Assembly: GCA_046309775.1 (NCBI GenBank)
Contig: JBKCOM010000187.1
Span: 22,841-86,840, forward strand
DNA length: 64,000 bases
DNA from: Flavobacteriales bacterium
GTDB lineage: Bacteria > Bacteroidota > Bacteroidia > Flavobacteriales_D > Sanyastnellaceae
Direction of reading: 5' to 3'
Shown here piece after piece: positions 11,113 to 20,034 of this stretch (position 1 is the first letter of the stretch; the number at the start of each line of letters is the position of its first letter). The position numbers and the translations under genes were made by a program. The notes under the pieces are model-generated. The model searched no databases, was not told the DNA's origin, and saw nothing but the letters and a program-made list of their open reading frames with translations.

Positions 11113-11892
11113 ATGAATAATCTAACAATCATTCATCCCGATGCTAAGATTGGCAACAACGTAACGATTGGGCCATTCACAACTATAGAAGGGGATGTTG
11201 AAATTGGAGACGGTACTTGGATTGGACCAAATGTAACCATCATGGATGGTGCGCGCATTGGGCGAAATTGTAGGATCTTCCCTGGAGCGGTGATAAGCGC
11301 TGTGCCGCAAGATTTGAAGTATGAGGGTGAAAAAACTACCACCGAAATTGGAGATAATACTACCATCAGAGAGTGTTGTACACTCAATAGAGGCACAAAG
11401 GATAAGTGGAAGACAAAGGTTGGTAGTAATTGCCTGCTCATGGCTTATGTGCATGTCGCGCATGACGCATTTATTGGCGATAATTGTATTATAGCCAACT
11501 CAGCGAATATCGCAGGGCACGTCGATATCGAAGACTGGGTGGTCATTGAGGGTGTAGTGGCAATTCAGCAATTCATTCGCGTCGGTCAACATTCATTTAT
11601 TGCAGGCGGTTCTTTGGTCAGGAAAAATGTACCTCCATTTGTGAAAGCGGCAAGAGAGCCACTAAGTTATGCTGGGGTAAATACAGTAGGTTTGAGAAGA
11701 AGGGGTTTTGCAAACGAGACCATCGCGCACGTGGAAGATGTGTATCGAATGATATATGTCCATAACAGCAATATGAGTCGCGCTCTGCACGCGGCAGAGA
11801 TGGAATTGCCCAATACTCCTGAAAAGGAAACCATTCTCGAATTTATTCGTGAATCAGACAAAGGAATTATCAGAGGTCCGCAAGGGCTTTAA
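11113..11892 (+). CDS. lpxA: Acyl-ACP--UDP-N-acetylglucosamine O-acyltransferase
   Basis: 259-aa ORF with left-handed beta-helix hexapeptide repeats and a C-terminal helical domain. It lies immediately downstream of lpxC/fabZ. Confidence 0.93.
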   Translation: MNNLTIIHPDAKIGNNVTIGPFTTIEGDVEIGDGTWIGPNVTIMDGARIGRNCRIFPGAVISAVPQDLKYEGEKTTTEIGDNTTIRECCTLNRGTKDKWKTKVGSNCLLMAYVHVAHDAFIGDNCIIANSANIAGHVDIEDWVVIEGVVAIQQFIRVGQHSFIAGGSLVRKNVPPFVKAAREPLSYAGVNTVGLRRRGFANETIAHVEDVYRMIYVHNSNMSRALHAAEMELPNTPEKETILEFIRESDKGIIRGPQGL

Positions 11893-11901
11893 TCTATTCA
11901 G

Positions 11902-12540
11902 GTGAATATTTCTTTAAAGAATATTGGTAAGAGATTTCAGAAAGAGTGGGTCTTTCAGAATATCAATATGTCTTTTGAAAAAAACGACAAAGTAGCCATT
12001 CTAGGAGGAAATGGTAGCGGCAAGTCCACACTTCTACAAATCATTAGCGGATACCTCACGCCATCTGAAGGTAGCGTGAGCTGGACCAACAGACAAAAAC
12101 AAGTTGGAGTGGCGGAGGTCTTTCGCAGTGTAAGTCTCGCCACACCTTATATGTCTTTGTATGATGAGTTCACCTTAGAGGAAAACTATAACTTTTTCAT
12201 TTCCTTTAAACCGCTTTTGGGTGTGCAAACGGCGTCCGAGTTTGCCACGGAAATAGAACTCTCAAAGGTTTTAAAAAAACCACTCAAAGAATTCAGCAGT
12301 GGGATGCGCCAGCGTGTAAAACTAGGTTTGGCAATTATGGCCGACACTGATTTTTTACTTCTCGATGAGCCATCGTCGCATTTGGATTCAAACGCTATAG
12401 ACTGGTACAATCAATTGGTGCTGAAATATGCGCAGGATAGAATCGTATTTGTTGCATCGAATAAAGAAGAATCTGAAATTCCATTTTGCAATAAAAGGAT
12501 TGAAATTGTCGATTTTAAGCCATCTGGTGTCCAGGTCTGA
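11902..12540 (+). CDS. ABC transporter ATP-binding protein (stand-alone, possibly degenerate)
   Basis: 212-aa ORF with a GTG start. It has Walker A GGNGSGKST, signature-like FSSGMRQR and Walker B LLLLDEP. No clear Q-loop Gln or H-loop His is seen by eye. Confidence 0.75.
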   Translation: MNISLKNIGKRFQKEWVFQNINMSFEKNDKVAILGGNGSGKSTLLQIISGYLTPSEGSVSWTNRQKQVGVAEVFRSVSLATPYMSLYDEFTLEENYNFFISFKPLLGVQTASEFATEIELSKVLKKPLKEFSSGMRQRVKLGLAIMADTDFLLLDEPSSHLDSNAIDWYNQLVLKYAQDRIVFVASNKEESEIPFCNKRIEIVDFKPSGVQV

Positions 12541-14023
12541 GTAAATCATTTACCGTTTTTACCGGATTAAATGTACTTATAGGAACCTCGATAAATACAG
12601 TGTTCCATAATGCCATCGAACCATTCCAAAGTCCTGGTAATTCTAGTGCTTTGATTACATTTCCATCAATAAATTTATCACTAATGAATCCAGTGCTGTG
12701 ATCGATAAAATCGTTGAGATTATATTTTTTCCCAAATCTATTTTTAATTGTACAAACGATATCCACTGGATTAAAATGTGTAGAGCTTGAGAGAATCTTC
12801 ATTTGTTGAAGATGATGATGATCTACTTGTGATTTTTCTACTATTTGTTTAGAAACAAAACCATCTGACATCTTTACCCAAAATGGTCCACCACCTGGTT
12901 CTCCCTCATTCTTGACCATGCCACAAACTCTCATTGGTCTATCCAGTTGCAGTTTGATAAAATTTATTACACCAGCATGATCTGGAAGAAATGGTAATGT
13001 TGGTTGAAACCAAGTTTTTATGAAGAGAAGAGCTTCTTCTACAACCGAATGTTCATTCTGTTCGAGACGCTCTAAAAAAGAATCAGCTTGGCTTTTTAAT
13101 TCTAGGAGAATACCCGCCAGCACTTTTTTATAAAAAATAGATTCATGCTTTTGGTCTTCTGTGGTCACATTATCTATGTTTTTTATAAAAATAATGTCCT
13201 CGTCTAATGCTTGTAAATTATGGATGAGAGCGCCATGACCTGCGGGCCTGAAAAGGATGTGACCATTTTTATCTCTTACAGGATGATTATTTCGATCAAT
13301 AGCAGGAGTATCGGTGTTGCTTTTTTGAATGCTATGCGTCAGTATGAATTTTTCATAAGGAAATGTTGCAGTCTTTTCTTCTAAAAACTGCATTACAAGA
13401 TCGATTTGATGAGGTGCCAGTGTGAAATGAATCCTACATGTACCGTCTGATTCTCTTCCGTAATCGACGGCTTCGTGCATGTGTTCTTCGAATGCAGTTC
13501 TTATCACACCACTTTTATATCGATGAAAGGGTACGAGTCCCTTTGGAAACTTTGCAAAATCAAGACCGGGACTATAAAGAATAAACTCAAATATTTTATC
13601 CCATTGATTTTCCGTTACTAAGTTTTCTAACTCAAGGCCATGCTGCTTGAGTTTGTCTTTTAAGAGGTCGTAAAAAGGAAATAGATCAAAGTTGAGCACG
13701 AATTCTTCCACCAAATCAGTCACTTTTATTGGGTCATACTGAAAGAGGTGATTGAACATTCGAGTGGCTGCTCCAGAGGCAGGTACGAATTTGATCATGC
13801 TCTTCGAACGACTTGTTGCATTGAATTTTTCGGAGTAATCTAGTGCTTGTGTTGGCTGCAGTTGAATGATTCCGTCATTAGGTGTACAAGGGCGCTCAAG
13901 CTCAATGGTTGAGGTTTGCTGTGTGAATCTATATATTACATTAATAAGCTCGGCAGGGCTCATTTCCCTGGCGGCGAGGTCTTTTTCATCGGTTGCAGAA
14001 AATTGCATAGTAGGTTTAATCAA
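12515..14023 (-). CDS. Conserved protein of unknown function (DUF4301-like from memory; nucleotidyltransferase-like)
   Basis: 502-aa uninterrupted ORF in a coding-dense context. FVPASGAATRMF and RPAGHGAL segments are reminiscent of UDP-sugar pyrophosphorylase-type folds. The family assignment is from memory only. Confidence 0.6.
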   Translation of the reverse strand: MIKPTMQFSATDEKDLAAREMSPAELINVIYRFTQQTSTIELERPCTPNDGIIQLQPTQALDYSEKFNATSRSKSMIKFVPASGAATRMFNHLFQYDPIKVTDLVEEFVLNFDLFPFYDLLKDKLKQHGLELENLVTENQWDKIFEFILYSPGLDFAKFPKGLVPFHRYKSGVIRTAFEEHMHEAVDYGRESDGTCRIHFTLAPHQIDLVMQFLEEKTATFPYEKFILTHSIQKSNTDTPAIDRNNHPVRDKNGHILFRPAGHGALIHNLQALDEDIIFIKNIDNVTTEDQKHESIFYKKVLAGILLELKSQADSFLERLEQNEHSVVEEALLFIKTWFQPTLPFLPDHAGVINFIKLQLDRPMRVCGMVKNEGEPGGGPFWVKMSDGFVSKQIVEKSQVDHHHLQQMKILSSSTHFNPVDIVCTIKNRFGKKYNLNDFIDHSTGFISDKFIDGNVIKALELPGLWNGSMALWNTVFIEVPISTFNPVKTVNDLLRPGHQMA

Positions 14024-14097
14024 GAAGGGTAATGGAGCATTGCCAAGACTCCTTGTTAGTGCTGGCGCAAGTTAAGAATTCTATTTAGAAATAATAG

Positions 14098-14138
14098 AAA
14101 AACCGCTCTCCTCAGAACCAAGTTCCTACCGAGAGCGG
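14098..14138 (-). terminator. Rho-independent terminator after the Hpt gene (minus strand)
   Basis: On the minus strand there is a CCGCTCTC ... GAGAGCGG stem. Its loop is about 20 nt and can pair internally (GAAC/GTTC). A TTTTT tail follows. Confidence 0.6.
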
Positions 14139-14169
14139 CCCTCCACCCTATATCGTTTATTGATGCACG

Positions 14170-14535
14170 CTATGATGCGCGCTGCAATTGCTCTTTTAGC
14201 TGGTAATAGACGATTTCACAATTCGCCTTAACGCGATAGACCAGCGTTGGTAACTCTTCTAGATTCCTTAGATGTTTACTGTCGTTTTCGATTTGCAAAA
14301 TATCGGTTTCCATATCCTTGATACCAAGCATCGAAATCGAACTTTTTGCTTTGTGAGCCAGAGGATGCAGTGAAAGCGGCTCATTCTTCTTCACACATTC
14401 TTCCATCTCTTTTATATACTCAGGAACTTGCTGTAAGAAGAGATGGATGATATTGTTGATCATCTCCCTATTCCCTTGGAATACCTGATTCAGGTACGAG
14501 AGATCAAATCTCTGCGTATTCGTATTTGTGTTCAT
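14170..14535 (-). CDS. Single-domain histidine phosphotransfer (Hpt) protein
   Basis: 121-aa ORF with an HKAKSSISMLG motif (HxxKG-type phosphorylatable His) in a predicted four-helix-bundle-sized protein. Confidence 0.8.
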   Translation of the reverse strand: MNTNTNTQRFDLSYLNQVFQGNREMINNIIHLFLQQVPEYIKEMEECVKKNEPLSLHPLAHKAKSSISMLGIKDMETDILQIENDSKHLRNLEELPTLVYRVKANCEIVYYQLKEQLQRAS

Positions 14536-14612
14536 GTTGTTAGGTTAGTCTCTCCCTATTACTAGAGGTCTTCCTAAAAGGTTTCATTTTTTTTAAAAAA
14601 AAATTCATTGCG

Positions 14613-14620
14613 TACCTTTG
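14613..14620 (+). promoter_or_regulatory. Candidate Bacteroidota -7 promoter box (TACCTTTG) for galE
   Basis: Exact match to TAnnTTTG 24 nt upstream of the galE ATG. No clean -33 TTTG is present; a T8A9 tract lies at 14587-14603 instead. Confidence 0.3.
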
Positions 14621-14644
14621 TTGAAATTCTTACCTCTATATACT

Positions 14645-15658
14645 ATGAAAGTACTGGTCACAGGAGGAACAGGATTTATCGGTTCGCATACTGTTGTGGA
14701 ACTGATGAATTCAGGTTTTACTCCCGTTATCCTAGATAATTTTGATAACTCTAATGAACAGGTACTTTCGGGCTTGCGCAATATTCTAGGTATTGATCCT
14801 ATTTTTTATCACGGGGATTGCAATAACCCTCAAACGCTTAATAATCTCTTTAGTAAGGAGAAGATTGAAGCTGTAATTCATTTTGCGGCTTATAAGGCTG
14901 TTGGCGAATCCGTTGAAAATCCTCTTTCTTATTACAGCAATAATATCGTTTCACTCATTCGCCTATTAGAGGCAATGAGAGATTTTAGTGTTAAAAAACT
15001 GGTCTTCTCGAGTTCTTGCACTGTCTATGGTCAGCCCAATTCCAATCCAGTGGATGAATTATCACATGATAAAAATGCAGCTTCTCCTTATGGTTATACG
15101 AAGGTCGTTTGTGAGCAATTGCTCCGCGACTATGAGAAATCGGGAGTAGACTTTCAGGCAGTAATGCTTCGTTATTTCAATCCAGTGGGTGCGCACCCTA
15201 GTGCTTTTATTGGTGAGCTTCCTAATGGAGTTCCCAATAATCTTGTTCCATTTATAATGCAAACTGCTGCGGGAATTCGTGAGCGACTAGTCATTCACGG
15301 GAATGATTACAACACTTCAGATGGAACGTGTATTAGAGACTTTATTCATGTGGTCGATCTGGCTAAAGCGCACGTAACTGCTTTAACTTATATCCAAAAG
15401 AATGATATTAGGCTTGATGTCTTCAACTTGGGACAAGGAATGGGCAATTCTGTACTAGAGATGGTAAATGCATTCCAAGAGGTTTCTGGCAAAAGCCTCA
15501 ATTTTGAAATCGGTCCACGCCGTGCGGGAGATGTCGAACAAATTTGGGCTGACGTTTCGAAAGCCGAACGTTTGCTCGGTTGGAAGACGGAATTGACTAT
15601 TAAAGATGCACTTAGAGATGCTTGGAATTGGCAGAAAGCCTTGGATAAGAATGTCTAA
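14645..15658 (+). CDS. galE: UDP-glucose 4-epimerase
   Basis: MKVLVTGGTGFIGSH Rossmann motif and the YGYTK catalytic motif. The start is set at the ATG at 14645 rather than the upstream TTG of the ORF track. Confidence 0.9.
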   Translation: MKVLVTGGTGFIGSHTVVELMNSGFTPVILDNFDNSNEQVLSGLRNILGIDPIFYHGDCNNPQTLNNLFSKEKIEAVIHFAAYKAVGESVENPLSYYSNNIVSLIRLLEAMRDFSVKKLVFSSSCTVYGQPNSNPVDELSHDKNAASPYGYTKVVCEQLLRDYEKSGVDFQAVMLRYFNPVGAHPSAFIGELPNGVPNNLVPFIMQTAAGIRERLVIHGNDYNTSDGTCIRDFIHVVDLAKAHVTALTYIQKNDIRLDVFNLGQGMGNSVLEMVNAFQEVSGKSLNFEIGPRRAGDVEQIWADVSKAERLLGWKTELTIKDALRDAWNWQKALDKNV

Positions 15659-16272
15659 AACATCAGTTTTTCACTGATAATGATATAATTCATCACTGCT
15701 CCAAGGCAAAATCCAGCATAAGCTTGGCCATGCGTATGGGCGTCTAGTTTTACTCTTGAATACGCCGTTAGACCAGCAGCTAGAGCCGAGGCCATAAGAA
15801 AAACCTGTATATCAGATTTGTGCAAGGCATTGAGGGCTAAGATGGTTCCAAATACTCCTCCTTGAGCCAAAAGATGCACGGATATCTTCCAAAACATATT
15901 AATGGTGAGGGATGCAATCAAAGAGAAGATAATGCTTACAAAAAAGCTAAACACTTCAGGCGGCAGGATTGGACCTTTCCAACGCAACATAAAGTAAGAG
16001 AGAATATAATAGAATATTACGAGCATATAAGGCCCGAATCGTTCCTTACGATCGCGCAATTCTATGCTGCTGAGCATTCCATATTTTATCATAATCAACA
16101 TGCTCAACGCAGGCGCTATGATGTTGATGACGAGCAGTAGTATTACAAAATTATCTGCTTGGGTTGGCGCAATGTAGTAGGGATCGAGCCATCTCACCAA
16201 AATATAAATAATGAGTGGCATCCACAATGGATGAAAAATAAGGGATAGTACTTTGGCGAATTTTTCGGTCAT
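15655..16272 (-). CDS. Polytopic membrane protein, PAP2 (acid phosphatase)-like
   Basis: 205-aa ORF with about 6 TM helices. The C-terminal SVH ... SRVKLDAHTHGQ resembles PAP2 motifs C2/C3. It overlaps the rpoN stop by 4 nt. Confidence 0.5.
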   Translation of the reverse strand: MTEKFAKVLSLIFHPLWMPLIIYILVRWLDPYYIAPTQADNFVILLLVINIIAPALSMLIMIKYGMLSSIELRDRKERFGPYMLVIFYYILSYFMLRWKGPILPPEVFSFFVSIIFSLIASLTINMFWKISVHLLAQGGVFGTILALNALHKSDIQVFLMASALAAGLTAYSRVKLDAHTHGQAYAGFCLGAVMNYIIISEKLMF

Positions 16273-17729
16273 AATTCTTTACGCAAACGAGCCACAGGTA
16301 TACCCAATTGCTCACGATACTTGGCTACGGTTCTACGTGCAATGTTATAACCTTTTTCGTTTAGAAGCTTACCTAATTTTTCGTCAGTCAACGGCTTTCG
16401 CTTGCTCTCAGCTTCAATTGCATCTTTCAAAATCTTCTTTACCTCACGCGATGACACTTCTTCTCCTTCATCCGTAGACAAACTCTCGCTAAAGAAAAAC
16501 TTTAATAGATAAGTTCCATAAGGCGTTTGAACATATTTGCTATTTGCGACGCGACTAATAGTGCTTATATCCATCATCACCATATCGGCAATATCCTTTA
16601 AAATCATCGGCTTGAGCTTTGTCTCATCGCCGCTCAAGAAAAATTCGCGTTGATAATTTACAATGGCTTGCATGCAGAATAGCAGGGTTTCGTTGCGTTG
16701 ATTGATCGCATCAATAAACCATTTGGCGCTATCTATTTTCTGCTTTACAAAGAGCATCGCTTCCTTCTCTTTCGCATCCTTCGTTTTCGAATGCGAGTAG
16801 TGCTGAAGCATTTCTTTATATTCTCTACTAATTTTTAAATCGGGTGCGTTGCGGCCATGCAAAGTCAATTTCAACTCGTCATCTTCAACTACTAAAAGAA
16901 AATCTGGTGTAATGTGTTGCACCGCACCCTTTGTCTCAATCATGCTATTACCAGGCTTCGGATTGAGGTGCAAAATGAAATCAATAGCCGGTTTCAATTC
17001 CTCTTCGGTGAGATCGAGTTTTTTTGCAATTTTCTCGTAGTGCTTTTTGGTAAACTCGTCAAAATATTTGGAGATTACAACATGAGCTAAATCGGTATCC
17101 TCGTCTGGGTTTTCTGCACGCTTTATTTGTAGCATTAAACACTCTTGCAAATCACGAGCTCCGACGCCTGCTGGATCTAGGTCCTGGATGATTTCAAGCA
17201 CTGCTTGCAGCTCTCTCAAATCTGTTGAAATATTTGCTGTAAAGGCCAAATCATTTACGATCGAAACGAGCTCACGTCTCAAATACCCAGCGTCGTCAAG
17301 GTTTCCGATGAGATACTCGGCAATGAGCATTTCGCGTTCATCCAAATCGCGCAAGCCAAGTTGGGAAAAAAGTAAATCCTGAAAACTGCGTCCAGCACCT
17401 AGTGGGCTTTCTCGCTCCTCATCATCGGCCGAGTGATTATTCGAATATAACTTGTATTCTGGAATGTAATCTTCATCCAAATAATCCGAGATGTCGAAAT
17501 CTTCGTTGTTGTCCTTCTCTTCCTGACTGTCATTTTCCGCCTCTTCAGAATTAGAACTTTCATCTTGAGGCTCCTCTTCGCGACCTTCTTCCAACGCAGG
17601 ATTAATCTCCATTTCTTCTTTGATGCGCTGTTCCAATTCCATAGTCGGAATCTGCAACATCTTCATCAACTGAATTTGCTGAGGAGAAAGCTTCTGCTGT
17701 AATTTTTGTTGTAAGGTCTGTTTCAACAT
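16269..17729 (-). CDS. rpoN: RNA polymerase sigma-54 factor
   Basis: 486-aa ORF with a Gln/Leu-rich region I (LQQKLQQKLSPQQIQLMKMLQ), an acidic region II and a C-terminal RpoN box (ARRTVAKYRE). Confidence 0.95.
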   Translation of the reverse strand: MLKQTLQQKLQQKLSPQQIQLMKMLQIPTMELEQRIKEEMEINPALEEGREEEPQDESSNSEEAENDSQEEKDNNEDFDISDYLDEDYIPEYKLYSNNHSADDEERESPLGAGRSFQDLLFSQLGLRDLDEREMLIAEYLIGNLDDAGYLRRELVSIVNDLAFTANISTDLRELQAVLEIIQDLDPAGVGARDLQECLMLQIKRAENPDEDTDLAHVVISKYFDEFTKKHYEKIAKKLDLTEEELKPAIDFILHLNPKPGNSMIETKGAVQHITPDFLLVVEDDELKLTLHGRNAPDLKISREYKEMLQHYSHSKTKDAKEKEAMLFVKQKIDSAKWFIDAINQRNETLLFCMQAIVNYQREFFLSGDETKLKPMILKDIADMVMMDISTISRVANSKYVQTPYGTYLLKFFFSESLSTDEGEEVSSREVKKILKDAIEAESKRKPLTDEKLGKLLNEKGYNIARRTVAKYREQLGIPVARLRKEL

Positions 17730-17755
17730 ATCCTAACAAAGATAATGGTTAAAGA

Positions 17756-19201
17756 TTAAAACTCTGCATTTTGTGGTGTTCTTGGGAATGGAATAACATC
17801 TCTGATGTTTTGCATCCCAGTAACGTACATTATTAATCTTTCAAAACCTAAGCCAAATCCAGCATGCGGACAGGTTCCAAATTTTCTTGTTTCCAAATAC
17901 CACCAGATGTGATCTTCAGGAATATTGAATGCCTTGCACTTTTCTAACAATACTTCATAGCGCTCCTCTCTTTGACTGCCGCCGATGATTTCACCGATAC
18001 CAGGCACCAATATATCCATAGCGGCCACTGTATTTCCATCTTCATTCAAACGCATATAAAATGCTTTGATCTTAGCTGGATAGCCAGTTATAATAACAGG
18101 CTTTTGGAAGTGTTTCTCCACGAGGTATCGCTCATGTTCACTCTGCAAGTCAATTCCCCATTCTACATTAAACTTGAATTTCTTCTTTTTATAATGAGAA
18201 CTATTCAGGAGAATATCTATCGCTTCTGTATAAGTAATGCGCTCAAACTGATTGTTGACCACAAACTCCAAACGCTGAATAAGCGGCATTGCTTGCCTTT
18301 CATCGACAGGTTTTAGTTTGTCTTCATTAATTTCACGCTCCTGAAGGAACTCAAGGTCTTCACGAGCATTATCGAGGGCATATTGAATGCAATATTTTAA
18401 AAAGTCTTCCGCAAGATCTTGGTTGTCATGAATGTCATTGAATGCGACTTCTGGTTCAATCATCCAAAACTCAGCAAGGTGTCGACTGGTATTGCTATTT
18501 TCTGCTCTAAATGTTGGTCCAAAAGTGTAAACGCTTCCAAGAGCTAGAGCGGCTAGTTCAGCTTCGAGCTGTCCACTTACTGTGAGATTGGTTGTTTTAC
18601 CAAAAAAGTCCTGACTGAAATCAATTTCACCTTTTTCATTTTTTGGAAGATTCTCCAAGTCAAGGTTAGTGACACGAAACATTTCCCCAGCGCCTTCTGC
18701 ATCACTTCCGGTGATGATGGGAGAGTGGAGATAGAAAAATCCACGATCATTGAAAAATTTATGTATCGCAAAGGCGAGGTGGTGACGCAATCTGAAGACC
18801 GCTCCAAATGTGTTAGTACGGAAACGCAAATGCGCCTTTTCTCTAAGGAATTCTAAGGTATGACGCTTCATTTGAATTGGAAATTCATTGGGGTCACTTT
18901 CCCCCAAAATCTCCAAATTCTGACATACCACTTCGATCTCCTGTCCTTTGCCAAGACTTTTTTCCAGCATGCCAGTAGCACTGATACATGCTCCGGTTTG
19001 GATTTTCTTTAGTGTATCTTCTTCGAAATTTTCCTTATTGACCACTACTTGTATCGTTTTGATGGTCGAACCATCAGACACGGTAATGAACTGATCATTT
19101 CTAAACGTGCGCACCCAGCCCTTTACGGTGACGCTGGTTCCAACTGGTTTTTCATTAAATAGTTGGGCAATACTTGGATGTTTTGGCATAACTAAACACA
19201 A
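17756..19201 (-). CDS. asnS: Asparagine--tRNA ligase
   Basis: Class IIb aaRS with an N-terminal OB fold (VKGWVRTFR), motif 2/3 regions and a [10 protein letters not shown]-terminus. The true start may be the ATG at 19189 (MPKHP...). Confidence 0.93.
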   Translation of the reverse strand: MCLVMPKHPSIAQLFNEKPVGTSVTVKGWVRTFRNDQFITVSDGSTIKTIQVVVNKENFEEDTLKKIQTGACISATGMLEKSLGKGQEIEVVCQNLEILGESDPNEFPIQMKRHTLEFLREKAHLRFRTNTFGAVFRLRHHLAFAIHKFFNDRGFFYLHSPIITGSDAEGAGEMFRVTNLDLENLPKNEKGEIDFSQDFFGKTTNLTVSGQLEAELAALALGSVYTFGPTFRAENSNTSRHLAEFWMIEPEVAFNDIHDNQDLAEDFLKYCIQYALDNAREDLEFLQEREINEDKLKPVDERQAMPLIQRLEFVVNNQFERITYTEAIDILLNSSHYKKKKFKFNVEWGIDLQSEHERYLVEKHFQKPVIITGYPAKIKAFYMRLNEDGNTVAAMDILVPGIGEIIGGSQREERYEVLLEKCKAFNIPEDHIWWYLETRKFGTCPHAGFGLGFERLIMYVTGMQNIRDVIPFPRTPQNAEF

Positions 19202-19918
19202 TTAAGGCTGCGAAAATACAACCTTAGTTGGTTCGTTGACCTCATCACTTTCAATCACTCCATCTCTTAACCTCACAATGCGATGCGCATGACGGGCAAT
19301 ATCTTCTTCGTGAGTTACTAAAATAATTGTATTCCCTTGTTTATGAATCTCTTCGAATAGGAGCATGATTTCATAACTCGTCTTGGTGTCGAGGTTTCCA
19401 GTAGGTTCGTCGGCTAAGATGATGGAAGGGGTGTTAACAAGGGCTCTTGCCACAGCAACCCGCTGCCGCTGTCCTCCAGAAAGCTCATTTGGCTTGTGTT
19501 TCATTCGGTCGCCAAGACCTACTTGTGTAAGTACGCTCGCCGCTTTTTTATTTCGGTCTTCTTTATTAAAACCTGCATAAACAAGCGGTAAAGCTACGTT
19601 CTCGAGCGCTGAATATCTAGGAAGTAGATTAAAGGTCTGAAATACAAAACCAATCTCTTTGTTTCGAATTTCGGCCAGTTGACTGTCCGAAAGCTTGGCC
19701 ACGTCAGGTCCATTAAGACAATATTTGCCTTGGGTGGGAGTATCGAGGCAGCCCAAAATATTCATCAAAGTGGATTTGCCAGAACCACTTGGTCCCATGA
19801 GAGCTACATATTCATTTTTATTCACCGTAAGATTTACGCCATTCAAGGCCTTTACAGTCTCTTGGCCAATGGTATACCACTTGGTGAGTCCTTCTATTTC
19901 TATTATTGGTCTTGCCAT
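19202..19918 (-). CDS. ABC transporter ATP-binding protein (MacB/LolD-type)
   Basis: 238-aa ORF with Walker [10 protein letters not shown], signature LSGGQRQR, Walker [12 protein letters not shown] and H-loop VTHE. Confidence 0.9.
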   Translation of the reverse strand: MARPIIEIEGLTKWYTIGQETVKALNGVNLTVNKNEYVALMGPSGSGKSTLMNILGCLDTPTQGKYCLNGPDVAKLSDSQLAEIRNKEIGFVFQTFNLLPRYSALENVALPLVYAGFNKEDRNKKAASVLTQVGLGDRMKHKPNELSGGQRQRVAVARALVNTPSIILADEPTGNLDTKTSYEIMLLFEEIHKQGNTIILVTHEEDIARHAHRIVRLRDGVIESDEVNEPTKVVFSQP

Positions 19919-19986
19919 GAGTCAAAGGTAACGGACGAGTGTTGAAATTCTTTACCTTTTATCATGCTATTTGACCTTGAAAAGAA

Positions 19987-19994
19987 TATTTTTG
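19987..19994 (+). promoter_or_regulatory. Candidate -7 promoter box (TATTTTTG) for the T9SS cargo gene
   Basis: Exact TAnnTTTG match 40 nt upstream of the ATG at 20035. The nearest TTTG (19970-19973) is only 13 nt upstream, which is closer than the usual spacing. Confidence 0.25.
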
Positions 19995-20034
19995 TTGGGC
20001 AACTTTTTAACCAAGAGTGGCGTCACCCTAAAAA

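Noticed and set aside
14587-14603. A T8A9 tract in the Hpt/galE divergent intergenic region, considered as a structured regulatory element.
   Set aside because: A simple homopolymer junction in AT-rich promoter DNA may merely act as a bend or UP-like element. Nothing further can be supported from sequence alone.
14620-14631. Shared GTTGAAATTCTT 12-mer (15 nt with one indel) in two divergent promoter regions (14620-14631 and 19941-19952), considered as a possible common operator.
   Set aside because: Exact 12-mer coincidences are expected many times by chance in 64 kb. There is no palindromic structure and no third copy.
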